A stretch of 64,000 nucleotides of DNA, from positions 2,232,001-2,296,000 of the forward strand of contig NEEC01000014.1 of assembly GCA_002189035.1 (NCBI GenBank), in the 5' to 3' direction. This document shows, piece after piece, positions 42,851 through 56,446 of the stretch. The notes under the pieces are model-generated. The model had not been told where the DNA came from. It saw nothing but the letters and a program-made list of their open reading frames with translations, and did no database searches. This DNA comes from Utricularia gibba. Lineage: Eukaryota > Plantae > Magnoliophyta. Each line of letters starts with the position of its first letter. Position 1 is the stretch's first letter. The translations under genes and the position numbers were made by a program.

Positions 42851-44239
42851 ATCGGGCCTCAGATCGACGGAGCTCAGAGTACCAACTAACGAAGACTTTT
42901 CTGCAGCAAACGTGTAAAAAAGTCGCCGGTATCGTCTCGATTTCGGACAACTCGCTCAGGATTTATCTCACCTTTTCATTTTTTTCCTTGTCATGCGCCA
43001 ATTATTATTCCAATAGCCTCCTCGGCAGGCAGGCTGCCAACGCCAACGCCCTCCTTAAAATACTTTTCAAAATTCTCAACGACAAAAACATGCTTATAAA
43101 TCATTAAAAAAAACCCTAATTGAAAAGTACAGTAAACCCCACTCACGGCTTCTTTCACTTTATTACAATAAAATTGGGAACCAGATCCACCCCAAATGAC
43201 TAAATAAATAAAAATAATATATTATTATGTACTAGATTTCATTTCTGATACTGTAATTTTCAGTCATTTAGGTCACTGTCAAAATCAATTATTAAATGAT
43301 TATATTTATTATAGTAACATAATTTTTTTGTCGTTTCTAAATCTGGAATATGTTGTGCCATTCTCATGTTCAGACGCCATAGGTTGTTAGTAAACACAAT
43401 CAAGTTGAGGGGTTAGGGTTTTGAAAAATGATTGATGCCTGAAATTCACACCTTCTCTGGAGTTTAGGGGGATTACTTAATTTGCGGCTTCATTAATATC
43501 TCTAATCTTGTGTTGATTACTTTTTTTCACTAGGCGTCGACCAGGGCATCTCCTAAACACACACATTAATGTGGCAGTGGGAAGAAGCCGGATGCTTTTC
43601 AACCATCCATTTGCTTTGCTGTTGACTGGGGGCCGCCGGAGTTCCCGGGATCATTCTGCGGTTAGAACACACATGTGCATCATGTAGATCAACAGGTGAA
43701 GGTTAGCATAGCGCTACCATGAATTGAAAACATTTCAGGAGAGTGGAACCTCCTGATACAAACATGCGTATCTTGATGGTGTCTGAGTGCGGAACTCAGG
43801 GAGGTGAAACATAGAGACTAGGAGGATAGAGTGGATATTTGGTTGTTTTGGTACAACACACAACCTGCAGTTTCTTGTTAGCTGGTAACAACTCAAGTAT
43901 ACACCTTTGCTCTGCTTGCTAGGTTCAACTAATCGAAAGAGAAGATTCATACATCAATCAATACAGAGGAACAAACTCATGCAAGTAGATATGGTGAGTT
44001 AGGATTGACGACAATAAAGGTAATGATCCTTGCAGTTTTCGGGGGCAAAACATTTGGAAAGTATGCATATAACCTACCCGTAATCTGCAAAGATTTCTGA
44101 TTTCTGAAGGTGGAGATCATACCCCTTGGGTTTCGGGGAATATCCACCTGCAGAAACAGAAGAAACAAGGCAGCAACCTCACAAGTAAAGAAGTTAAAGC
44201 ACCTTTTATTGGTGGCTGACATGAGGAAAGTCAGAGATT

Positions 44240-45267
44240 TCACACACTGAAATCAGGGATGTCACTTGGAATATAGAAATCGAACTTGACATCAACAGAA
44301 CCTGATGCTTCTCCTCTATCCTTGTACTCAATATTTGTGATCATTCCGGTTTCATCATCAAGTTGATATTCTGATCTTACCCGTCTGACTGGAACTGTGA
44401 CGGAGTATATGGTGCCGAGCTCCGGATCAGTTGACACACTGAGCTGAACTTTTTCCTGAGACTCTACCTCAACAAATTCAGATATCGCACTGACAACGTT
44501 GGTTACTATTTTCTGCTTTGCCTCATCACTGACAGCACAACGGTCGGAAAAAAGGATCATCTTCAGGCGCTGTTTAGCAATACTTGCATTGGAGGTTCTT
44601 TGTGAGGTGGGGGGTGGAAACAGTATTTTCCATGCCAAGTTCAAGCGTTCGAAGAAACTCATGGTGATCGTGTTGAGGAGGAAGCTCTCTATCTCATGGC
44701 TCAAAGAATTCTTCGACAGTTTGTAATCCCCAGATACTCTGAGGGGATTCTTCGAGTGGCATTGGACGCCATACCCAGCGTTCGATGGTTGCAAAGAAAT
44801 GGACGGGTAATTTGAAAACCCATGAGAGTCCACCTGAAGTTCATCAGAAAATCATGGTTAAGAAAATGATGGGCCATTAGCGAACACAACATCACTGTCC
44901 ATCTGAAGTTCAACAGAACAAGAAATCACTGCTGCACACCACCAAGTATGCAAGCAGCATTTCAAGTCATACCATTTCACACCGTGCACCATCAACATGA
45001 AAAATTTAACCAAAAATTACAAAGGCGAACATCGCCATACCGACACAATTCCAAGGAAAACCACCATCCCAAACTATAAATTCCTTTTACACCCAAACAA
45101 TAAATTCAACCAAGCTGGTAAGCAAAACGCGGATGTATATCCAACCAAAATTGCAAGAAGAGGGGGCAGACCTTAGCAGGAGAGAAATGCGTCACTCCAG
45201 GAAGAGGAGTGATGACTCTGTGAGGATTAAAAGCAGCAGATACCACAAGATCCCTCGAAACAGCCAT
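44240..45267 (-). CDS. MINE1: Chloroplast division topological specificity factor MinE1, 2 coding exons
   Basis: Transit peptide MAVSRDLVVSAAF; FFERLNLAWKILFP; IAKQRLKMILFSDRC; VSTDPELGTIYSVTVPVRRV; DVKFDFY. Confidence 0.96.
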
Positions 45268-47808
45268 TTTCGACAGTCCAAGTCGTCGATTTGCAGCTGA
45301 ATTTCACGATGAATCTGAAAAGAATCCGGACATGAGGAGGTCTTCTTCCTCTCTCAATTGGATTGGATCCCAAAAAGTATTCCCCAGGAAACGACGTCGC
45401 TTTGACCCCCGGGGATCTAAATCTACATTCTCAACCCTATCTGAACTTGAGAAAAAGTCCACCGCTACCCCTAATCCATGACCCAACAATACCACCATTA
45501 AATAACAATTTTTCTTTTCCCAAATTCATTAATATTTAATTAAAAATCATTTTAAAGATATTATCGGATTAGTAATGATAAAAACAAGATTAGTCGCAAA
45601 TAATCGGGTCGGTTTGTTATCCGGGATTGCGGGTTCGGAGCCTGGATCCGATGGACTACAGGGAATATGAGGCTGGGCCCCACGTATGGATCTATTATTA
45701 TATGCATATTGAATTTTTTGTTGTCATAGCGTCAGCTACAACTGCAACCCACAGCCTGCCACGTGTACGCCCGGAATTCGTTCAACCCCATCATCGTATT
45801 CGGTTCTTTTTCTTGGAGGCCGGGCCGGGCCGGTTCCGGTTTTTTCGAACCGTCCCAAAGCGGTTCGGAAACGGGTATTCTGTATTTTTTATGTGTGTTG
45901 GGGGTGGCGAGTAAATTATTATTTAATTCCATTAGGACCCCAAAAGATCTACGAATTTTTTTATTTGGGAGACTGGAATCACATCAATTACAGTAGATGT
46001 GTCAGCGTGGGGCCTACCGGCTGTCTGATTGCGACATCGTCCAATCAGATGAGATCTTTCAAGTGCCCAATTTAAGGCACTAAATTTTAAGGTGTGACTT
46101 GTAATAAAATACGATGCAATAATAAATAACAGTAGGTCAGACCCAAATTACCCCCATAGAATCTCATGATACACGTAGTGTGTTCTGGGAGGAAATTACC
46201 CAAAACCCCCTACCTCTGTAGATGCCAAAACCACTGGCTGATGGGGAGTATTTCTACGCCGTTCAATGTTTATCAAGTAGGGAGGGGATGGGTATATTGA
46301 TAATTCGGGGGGGGGGGAGGGGGGAGAGAGGAGGAGGGGAGGAAGAAAAGGGAATAAAAAGGGAGGGGATGTTGACAAGTTTCAATGTCCCTGTTAATGG
46401 AATGTGGTTTCGTTTTGTTGATGGATTGAGGAGATTTCTCATCTCTGATCTCTCTCTTTCTTGAAATTTAGTAGCGACGACATAAATCAATGTGGAGCAG
46501 TAGCGAATAACTAAATGCCACACCTGCAAAAGCTCTTTCCTTCTCTTTTTTTTTTTCAACTCCATGGTTTTTTATGCTCATTCTCACTCCCAAGTCTCTT
46601 GCTTTATTGCTCCTTTTTTTCTTCAAGGGTGAGAGAGAGTGGCCCAGTAGATTGAAATCTTGGATCCTTGGTTAAGCTTCTCTTTTTTTTTTTTTTTTTG
46701 GCTCAGGATCTGAGCTTTTTCGAGGGAGAGGGAATCACCATTACCAGTTATCCCATTTCGTTGCTGTTCTCTCTCTCTCTCTTTTTTGTTGTTTGCTCTT
46801 TTTCCCCTTTTTCTCTCCATGTGATTCTGAGTTGTTGCTTACTCTAAAAGACTGTTTAGAGTGATTCCTTCTTGACAGGAAGTGGTTTCAGGATGTGGGT
46901 CTGAGGTACTTTTGTTTTATTGAGTTTTATCACTTCAAAATATTTGTACTTGCCTTTGACTCCGACCCGGAAAAAGAACTTCCATCCATTTTCATTTATG
47001 TACAACCATGACTGTCTCCAGCTTCGAGTGCTTGCGGTTTTGCGATGCAGTTTTCCTGAGGAATCCTAAATCTTCATGTGCCAGATTTGTGATTGCTCTT
47101 AAATTGAGTTATAATTGATGGGTAAATGTTTTTAATGCTTGATCATCCTTAAAGCAGTGTCCTTTTCTATTTTCCGTATCCTCCGTTCTAAATCTGCTGG
47201 TTTCTTCTGTTTGTTTTCATGGTACATGCGAATATCCACCTACTTGTTTCTTCTCAGTTTGTGTTGTATCTGAAATGAGTGCGTCTCCCATATCGAGAAC
47301 TGTTTCCAACAAAATGTTGACATTTCTGATACCTTCGATCTTCAAGCCAACTTGTTTTGATGCAGAAGTGTCTTGCCTTTCGAACACTACTGTGGATCCA
47401 TAGAGTTGAAACTGTTTCTTAATCACAAAATGATTCTTGGGTTGGCTACATTCCTGATATTCACCACTAAACCAAGTCATATTTCATGCCTGAGAGTTTT
47501 GGGAAGGCGTCATCATAGATAAAGATTCAGTGGTGCAGGAGTTTTCTTGCTTTATGGTTTCACAATAGGTTGATCTGATCAAGTGTTGTGTGCGTACGTG
47601 ATTCATGATCATCATAGAGCAAATTCTCACGAATGCTGGTGTCTCTGTTTCTTTTCTTTTTTCCAAGATCTGGTGTAGAGTTTTGTAACATTGGCTGCAG
47701 TCTCACGGCATGAATGTCATCAATACTGCTTGATATCGTTTCAATGAATCATGGCAATGTACAAAGGTATTGGCTGTCGTCTAAACTATCACTAGATGCA
47801 ATGCAGGA

Positions 47809-50565
47809 ATGGGCACCGAAGTGGAGTGTGAAAGCTACTCAAGGGTGCTTTACTCTATGAGAGACCTGAACGAGGATCCAAGCAATCGCAGTTGGCCTCA
47901 TTATTATGGGGAAACCTCAACACCAGTTTTGCAGTTTAACAATGGATGCACCCAAAGGAATGTAGATGGTGGCTTTCTAGAGCTCGAGAAGGATGCCTTG
48001 AAGCAGAAGATGCTCGAACATGAAGCTGTTTTCAAGAATCAGGTACTTTGGCTAGACTGATTTATAGATGTTCAGTGCAAGTTCATCTGAAGCATGACTC
48101 TGTTGAATCTCTTGTCGTTGTAAAGGTTTATGAGCTCCATCGGCTTTACTGGATCCAAAGGAACATGATGGATGAAGTAAGACGAAAGGAAGTTCATATA
48201 TTTCCACCACCAGTGGAACCAGCATTGTCATCATGTCTTCAAGGGAAACAGTTGCAAATGGAGGCAGTAAAGTGGAAACCAGCAAGCATTCCGCTTTTGA
48301 ACTCTGCCAATGGAAGAACATCTGGTTTGAATATTGACAGCATGAATTCTCCTGCTAGTTGTTCAAGGGAAGATTCAGCGGTGTTGAATATGCGGCATTC
48401 GAAGGCAAAGAGGACATTTGATCTTCAACATCCTGCTGATGACTACATAGACATTGAAGAAGATAAACCTGAAAGCGGCACCAAGAAGTTCCTAGTTGAT
48501 CTGAATGAACCTATTCCGACAGAAGGAGCCATTGCTTCATCGGTTAAACTTGATCTTACTTCAGAAAATACAGAGATCAAAGGCTTGAGTCATCCGTCTA
48601 AAGTACAGGCGGCTCCTGGTTTTCCAGAAAATACTCATCTGACTAATAAGCTTTTCAATTCATCTAAACTCTACAACAGAGGACAATTCTCACATTCATA
48701 TGCAGCAGGTATAGTTTTAGTAAAATCCTGACAGTGATTCAGTTTGGCTGATTGCCATTTGATTCATCTTCTCTCTCTGAAGCTTCTTAAGTCATCATCT
48801 TAATGTTACAGGGGTTTCTAGGAGTATGATTGGTCCTCCAGCTCAAAGCAATCAATCGGATATATTCCCATTCACTCCTCATCTTCATCATGGTGGAGCA
48901 AACCAAGTCCATTTATGCCCTGTTGTACATCCAAGTAGCTCCCGTAATGGCCGCTCGACAACAGTAGCTTCTCACATGCCTTCTTCGTTCCAGTTCATTT
49001 CTTTTCCAGGTCCACAGGCTCCTTCCATCCCATCCATTATCTCTGGAGTAAAGACTCCAGTTTTGGAGTCTGTACCTCAGAACCAGGAATGGCTTACCAG
49101 AAAGGGGCTTATGAATTGTAGTCCCTGGCTGTCGCCAGATTTGAGAGGTGAATCAGCTGTATCTAATGGTTTCTGCAATGGTTTGGCCTCGAATTCAAAG
49201 GGATCATGGCTGGACATGAAGTCATCTAGATGGAATATTCATAGTGGAGGTAGGTTTAGCAATGCAGCTTCGAACCGATGCAGCAGAAATATCCTGAAGG
49301 TACCATGTCAACAAGATGGGCAGTCTGCTTCTATGGCTATTGACTTGAACAAAGAAATTCAGAAAAGCCCCTCTGATGAGGTTGTGATTCTGGAAGATCT
49401 TAATGCCTCAGTTCCAAAAGTTCAGACTGAGAGCCACATGTCGCCATTGCCATGGTTTAAATCAAATGCAACCAATGTAACTGAGGCTGCATCTCCGTGT
49501 AAATTGTGGTGCATGAATGAAGCAGATGAGTATGCTGAGACCAAATCGGTCAACAAAACCTTGAGATTCTCCTTGAGCAAAACACAAGCACATGAAAATG
49601 AGCCACCATTGGTCCCTTCCACCTCCTTGAGTAACGGATGCCGGAGGAGAAGTAGAATGATAGATATAAATATGGCCTGTGATCTGGATGAGGATGCAAG
49701 CGCAGTAGATGCCATTGTTGACAAGAAAAAGCAGACAATGGGGGCCTCCATCCGATGCAACATCGACTTGAACGCTTCGGTTAGTGACTGTGAAGATCAG
49801 AAAGCTCCATTTGATAGTGGAAGATGTTCTATGATTGAGGAACACGAGGTTGGAGCTCTCAGAAATGCAGCTGAACTCGTGCTTGCGATGTCCATGTTGC
49901 ATCCGCCAGTTCCTGTGACAGAAGATTCCTATTGTCTTGCATCTGAATGCTTGTTAGAAGAAGCTCTCTTTGTGTTAGCAGACGCAGTATCCGGAGCTGA
50001 GATTGAAGATGGAGCCACAACGGACAAATTGATCAAGGAGATGGACGAGTTTGAGGCCACCGTGCTGCAACTTGAAGAAACCAAAGAAGAAGAGTACATG
50101 CCTAAATCAGTTGCTTGTGAATTCGAAAATGCTGAAGAAACAGATGCCATTGCCTGTACCAACAGATCAAGAAGGGTACAAACACGAAGAGGGAGACAGC
50201 GGAGGGACTTTCAACGGGACACTCTGCCCGGTCTGGCTTCATTATCCAGGCATGAAATCACTGAGGATGTTCAGATATTCAGTGGCTTGATGAAGGCCAC
50301 GGGACACCGTTGGAGTCCAGGACTTGCAAGACGCAATGGTGGCAGAAACAACCTTGGTCGAGGTAGAAAACGGGCTGTGATTGAAACTGCACCCTACCCT
50401 CCTCCTCCTCCTCCTCCTCCCCCTACTGTGAATCCTGTCTCCACTCTTCTCATTCAGCAGCTTGGCTCCGAGGACAAAAGTTTAACAGGGTGGGGGAAGA
50501 CGACGAGGCGACCAAGAAGGCAACGGTTAGCACAAGTTAATCCTTCTACAGTTATGCTGTCCTAA
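47809..50565 (+). CDS. DUF863 family protein, 3 coding exons, probably with a long intron-containing 5' leader from ~46500
   Basis: MGTEVEC...YSMRDLNED; KQKMLEHEAVFKNQVYELHRLY; several DLN (EAR-like) motifs; RRQRRDFQRDTLPGLASLSRHE; LTGWGKTTRRPRRQR. Confidence 0.9.
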
Positions 50566-51570
50566 TGTGGACCAAGCCACAATGCATTGACTGGAGTTCA
50601 CAGAGAAGCAAAAGATGCGTGATCATGGCTGCCCCTGCAGATGCATCACTATTGGTCTCAATATAATCGTGGGTAGCATTCTCTGTTCAGTATAGGTGAA
50701 CACAAGTTCTGATAGAAATCCAAACTCAATCTGAATAGAAACTAGGTGCTCTGATTCATGACGTTGGATGTTTGACCTTAGGAATAAACGAACACAAAGC
50801 TGTATCTTGAACCCTTGAAACATATATTCAGATGCTCCTTATTGAACGCAATCACCTTCCCCCTTGTTATCAAAGCACAACCATCAGAATAAATGACGTT
50901 CAGGCATTGAGAAGATCAAAGTTGCGTCACCCAGAAATCCCTACACGTTTATGAAACTAGTTCAGTGACATGCAGATCAGAAACGAAAGCAGGGGATCGG
51001 ATCGGTTAGGTTCAACCCGTTTGGGAAAAACAGGCCACAGCACAAGTTCGAGATCTTATTTTAGATCAGTTAGCTAGTCTGGAGGAAAAGCTGTACACAA
51101 GCTTGTCATATTTAAATTCCGTCCACACCCAGCACCTTTTCCTAAATGGACTCCAAAGCTACAGCACATTTTGCATATCCTAAAGGGTGGGATGGGCTTT
51201 CTGAGTACTTCATGCTTAACAGCAGGTCACTTCAGCCTGTAAAGCCCTCTTATAGGAAGCAGAAGTTAAAAAAACAGTACTCGACACCAGGTGCTGAAGT
51301 AGGTTGAGCACCTTGAAAAGTCAGTCTTCGGGATGGTGCCTCCATCGTTTCACAGAAAACGAAAAGAGACAATCTCCTGGGGTTGTAATGCGAGTAAACC
51401 GGCATCCATGGTAGAAAAATGCTGACTTTGCAAGGGCCTACACACAATTTGATATGATATCAAAGAATATAAATGAAAAGTGCAATCCTATATAGATTGA
51501 ATTTAGGTTTTTGGAACAAATAACTCTTGTAGGCATACAAGAAATCTTCTAATTCTCGAAGAACTTACAA

Positions 51571-54354
51571 TCAAGCATATTCCTTGCTGTATTTCAGATT
51601 AAACAGCAAATCTCGCCGTGTCTCTGAGCCTAGCCTGATCTTAAACGACTGGGCCAAAGATTCCACCTTGTCATCAGATTCATAGTCCATTTCTCTGATA
51701 CAGCGCCTTCTGATCTTTTTCAATATTTCCTTGGATGGTTCATATCCCTCATGCACCTTTTCAAAAAATTGAAGTTTCAGCCAGTATGTAGATTATGTAA
51801 AACTAGTTTCACATGGAAAAACCTGCTAGTACGATGAATAGTACAGGTTCATGCTACAGAATTTACCATGTCGTCTATAACTGAAAGAGCAGCTTTGGGA
51901 TCCCTCTTAACCAAATGAGCATCAACAAGTAAGGAGTATGTTGTAGCATTAGGTTTCACTCCTAACCCAAGGAAGTGCTCATATACTTTGACAGCTTCGT
52001 CTCTCTGTCAAAAAACATAACACAACAAATAACTTCATGGTTATAGCACAATGCTTGAAGATTGAACAATCTAGGGAGGATCAGGGGAAAGCAGCATAGC
52101 CTTCTGATGCAAAAGAATCACCTTTCCCAGCTTCCCAAAAGCACAGATAAGAGCATTGTATGAATGGACGTTTGGCGTCAAACCAAACGTGGAATCTATT
52201 GCAGTAAATGTTTGGTAAGCACGGTCAACATCCCATATGTTTGCACAGCCAAGGATTACACAATTGAGGGCAGAGACAGACTTAAATGGAGGACTGGCTT
52301 GACTTAAATTCTCCAGCTGATAATAAACCTGATCAGAAAGTTGGAATGTGTCAAAGAGAGCACGAAAGCTTGGCATCAAACTTTAAACTCAGTAAGTGAG
52401 GTAGTAGTCAGTATGCGAACACCCATACTGGTGTTTTAAAACTGGTTTAAAGAAGAAGCGTATTACTTAAAACCTGCATCAGGATGTTTCCCCTTAGAAA
52501 ATACCATGGATCAAAAAGGAAACAGAGATGAAAACAATAACAAAGAAAAAAAACAGATTATTTTCCAGCTATAAAGATAGGCTCAGTGAAAGAATGCTCA
52601 GGGGATAATAAGCCAACACCGATCGCATCAAGAACTACTTTTAATCAAAAAACGTACCGAGTCCAAAGTCTTAAAACCATTTCTGGAGCATGCCAATACC
52701 AAGGGATTCAAGGAAAAAAATGGTGATAACAAGTCATCATCAATCTCAGGGTTAGAGACAGCAAGCACATTCTCAAGTTCATGTAGTGCACTGAAGGCGT
52801 TTTGCAGGTTCCCTAATTTAGCATATGCATACATTTTCCCAAGGTATGAGTCAGGATTCGAGATTTTTTTTTCACGAAACGACCGCTTTAGGACAGCCCA
52901 TGAAGCATCTAAGAGTTTTGAATTGTACGTTCTACCAGCAGTTGCAAGAGATGACACGATTAATCCTTCATCAACAGAATACATAGCAAGAGGGAGGGAA
53001 ATCTCTCCTCGAACCATTGACTTAGCCAGGAACTCAAGTGCATAAAAAGCAAGCGTGGGATTACTGGACTGCATTGCAACATCAGCAATATAATAACAGA
53101 AACGCCATCCTGGGAATATTAATTTGTCCTGACCAGTTTTCTGGAAAGAGAAATGTAACTTCAGCTGCTAGTAGTTCGAGGATCTCAACATAGTACGGCC
53201 CAAGTAGCAAGCATGAAATGTGTACCTTGCATCTCTCTAGAATGGATACTATAGTATCCAGCTTGCCACTCTGTACGCATAGATTCAAGCAGGCCATAAA
53301 TGTTGTTGTTTTCAGCGGATATCCAGCTTTTAAAAAGGAGTCTATGTATTTCAGGGCAGAGTCCATATTGTTAATGGAAAGAAGCATTCCGATGACTATA
53401 TCATAGGACTCGTCATCGGGTAGAGAGTCCTTGTGCTCTCTCCCCGACAGGATCATCCTGATGTCAATGAAGCAAAGGTTAATCAATAAAGTAATTCATT
53501 GCCTAATCAATATCGTCATTAAGAATAAAGAGAGTGGGATTCTTACATTGTGAGTTGAAATGTTAAAAGGAAATTACGGTTTCATGATCTAATCATAAAC
53601 TGGAAGCAGCCCATTAAAGATGATGAAGCAGCAGGATTATCTCCTTAACTACTCGCATATCTCCTCTCCAGTTAACCAAATCTCATATGGTAATACTAAG
53701 ACTACTAAAGCATAAAAAACGGCACGCACTCAACCCCACATCTAGCCCACCAAAAAGTACCAACCTTTCGAGCAACTTCTCGGCTGCAACTGTTTCCTTA
53801 TTCTTCAGCATTGCCTTGAGAACAATATTATAGGAAGCCGTATTCGGCATGATCCCATAGTCCTCCATTTGTGCCACAATATCAAGCAGGTCACCAGCAG
53901 ATGCACCCATCATAAAATTCGCCCGGAGATAGTGATTATACAAATTCACATCAGGTTTATTGGGTTTTCCATTCCCATCCAACATCTTCACCCATAACTC
54001 AAAATACAGAGTTATTTTGTCCCACTCCTGTGCCGTCATCAAATTAGCAAACTGATCGATCAATCCTCCAGCGTCCTGCGCCCCAGACAAAAAATGACCT
54101 GATGATGCGTGTTGCTGCGCATACCCTGCTGGAATAAGTGCCCCCTCCCTTGCCCAAGGGATTGGTATCGGGCTTCTCCAATTCTCCTGGTACATCGGGC
54201 TACCAGTCGCAGGATTCGAAGGAAGCGGCGTTGGAGGTGTAGCAGCATCAGCGAGCTGCGCCTCTTGACTCAGATAACCAAATGTTGAGATACACTGGAC
54301 CCTCTGAGGGAGAACGAATAGCCGTGATTTCGCCAAAACTGCAGTCAGCCGCAT
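51571..54354 (-). CDS. Mitochondrial P-type pentatricopeptide repeat protein (At1g26460-like)
   Basis: PLPSNPATGSPMYQENWRSPIP; PDVNLYNHYLRAN; PNTASYNIVLKAM; PNVHSYNALICAFGKLGK; C-terminal KIRRRCIREMDYE. Confidence 0.9.
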
Positions 54355-55278
54355 TCTCCCTTCCCAGGAATGAGAAATCTCAACGTCTAAGATATACAGC
54401 CCAAAATGGTACGCTCGAAACTGAAGGGTGATCTCCGTGAAGCGTGAAGGTTCCGCTTCTAGGGCTTTGTCGTAGCGATGGATTCCGTTGGCCTTTTCAG
54501 TATTTCTCGCAAATTCAAGGGCATTTCTGTATTTCATAATGGGCCTCGTAAGGCCCGAATGTCCAATTCGATCCAAAATCTAAGGTCTGGACCGCCCTTG
54601 GATATCTCTGAGCCCATTTGTCTTAACTCCTTTTCTGGGAATGCCAGTTGATTTTTTTCTTTTCCCAAACTCAAAAAAAGAACAAACTTTTCATTCATCT
54701 GCTTTACCAATTTGCCTTTTTCTTCTGTTTTTTTTTTCCTGGTTTTGTCTTTTATTCACCATCAAATGTTAGAATGGTCCCAAACAGAATAAGATGCTAT
54801 AGACACACACCAGAGCAGTACCACAGTGGGGCCTTCTCTGTAAAAAAGTAGTTGATGTATAATTGGTTGTCCCTCATCCTCGAAGGGAACGAGACAATAA
54901 GAATGACATGCCAAGTTGGCATTACACTGTAATGAAATTTAAGGAACTCTTGATTTTCATTTAGGAATGTCAAGAGAATGGTTAGAAAATGTAGAATTGT
55001 TTTGTGATGTGTTACTATTCATCGTTGGTAGTAGGTTGCTGTAAGGGTGGGTAAAATATGATGAATCTTTAAGGACCGAAAAGGCAAGGAAAAGTAGATG
55101 GGGTGGAGTCTCATTAAATTCCAAACAAGAAATTCTTACCATACCAGCATAATAGCAAGCTAGCTATCTGCATCATCATTTCTGCAAAAAGGCATAAGAA
55201 GACTGCTTTTCAGCCTCAAGTTGTTCCTTTTTTCCAGCTAGATCTCATCATCATCATTGTTCTTCTTACAGCTTTTCC

Positions 55279-56169
55279 ATGGCTGCCTCTGCACTCATCT
55301 TGCTGCTCTTTCTTTCAATGACGAGCTGTTCAGGTTGCAGCTTCACTGGAATCATAAACATCTTAAGATTTCAAAAACTCTAAAACTTTTGTTTTTTTTT
55401 TTGCAGATGCAGTCTACTGTCTCTGTAATACTGGGGCTAGTGAGAGGGAGCTACAGACAAATATAGATTATGCCTGTGGGCATGCTGACTGCTCTGGGAT
55501 TCTCCAGAATGGGGCTTGCTATAATCCTAATACAGTAAGAGATCACTGTAATTTTGCTGTCAACAGTTATTATCAGAGACTCGGACAAACTCCTGGGAGC
55601 TGCAATTTCTCTGGAACTGCCACTGTTAGTTCAAACCCACCAAGCAGTAAGTAATAGGCTTTGAAGGATAGATGCTGTGTTTCTCATCTTCCGGGTTTTC
55701 ATGCATTCTTCCATTGCTCCTGAGCAGATGTATCTCCTGGATGTGTGTACTCGTCTGCGTCCAGGTTTGAATCCTTTGAAGAATTAGGGAGTTTTGGTTG
55801 TTTTCTTTTTCTCTTGCAAAAATCGGGGTGCATTCTCTATGATGCTTTAGAAAAATGCTCTCACAGCCAACAACACACTAGATAGGATTGTGCAACAGCT
55901 ATAGGTGGAGAGTCATATTCAAAAGGTTTGGTGTTTCTTTTGTGCTCAACCCATTGAGCTTTGTTCAAATGCTTCTTTCCAGCACTGGTACTACACCCAG
56001 TTCACCGGGAAACACGTTGCCGGCTACATCTCCGCCAGCATTTCTCGGACCATCATCATCAAACTCAAACAGCAGTTCCAGTGTGAGGATGCAGCGGATG
56101 CTCCATGTGTTCATGGTTATTGTGAGCTCGTGGGTTGCACAATCTGGCTTGAAGACAAGGCTGCTGTGA
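55279..56169 (+). CDS. PDCB: X8-domain, probably GPI-anchored, plasmodesmata callose-binding-like protein, 4 exons
   Basis: Signal peptide MAASALILLLFLSMTSCS; YCLC...LQTNIDYACG..ADCSGI..NGACYNPNTVRDHCNFAVNSYYQ...SCNFSGTA; Ser/Thr/Pro linker; hydrophobic tail. Confidence 0.9.
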
Positions 56170-56446
56170 AGCAGTTTCATTATGAACAGTCCTCCAATGC
56201 AAGTTGTTGCTCGTTTCGACTTTTCTTTTTCTTTGCTTTTGCGACTGAGGAAAAGAGAGGCGAATCCAATTCCGTGCTTTAAAAGATGGGAGCGTTTTTC
56301 CATGTCTGAATAGCCTCCATTCTCTCCGTATGTATCTGCAAAAGACAGAGAATATGCTCATTATAACAGTTGGACGTAATTTCTTGCAAAACCATGTGAA
56401 TGGAAGGCATTGGGTAGACGAAAAACATTGAAGAACAGTCATAGAA

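Noticed and set aside
45600-45870. CGGTT/AACCG-rich segment resembling MITE or hAT subterminal repeats
   Set aside because: No terminal inverted repeats or target-site duplication found.
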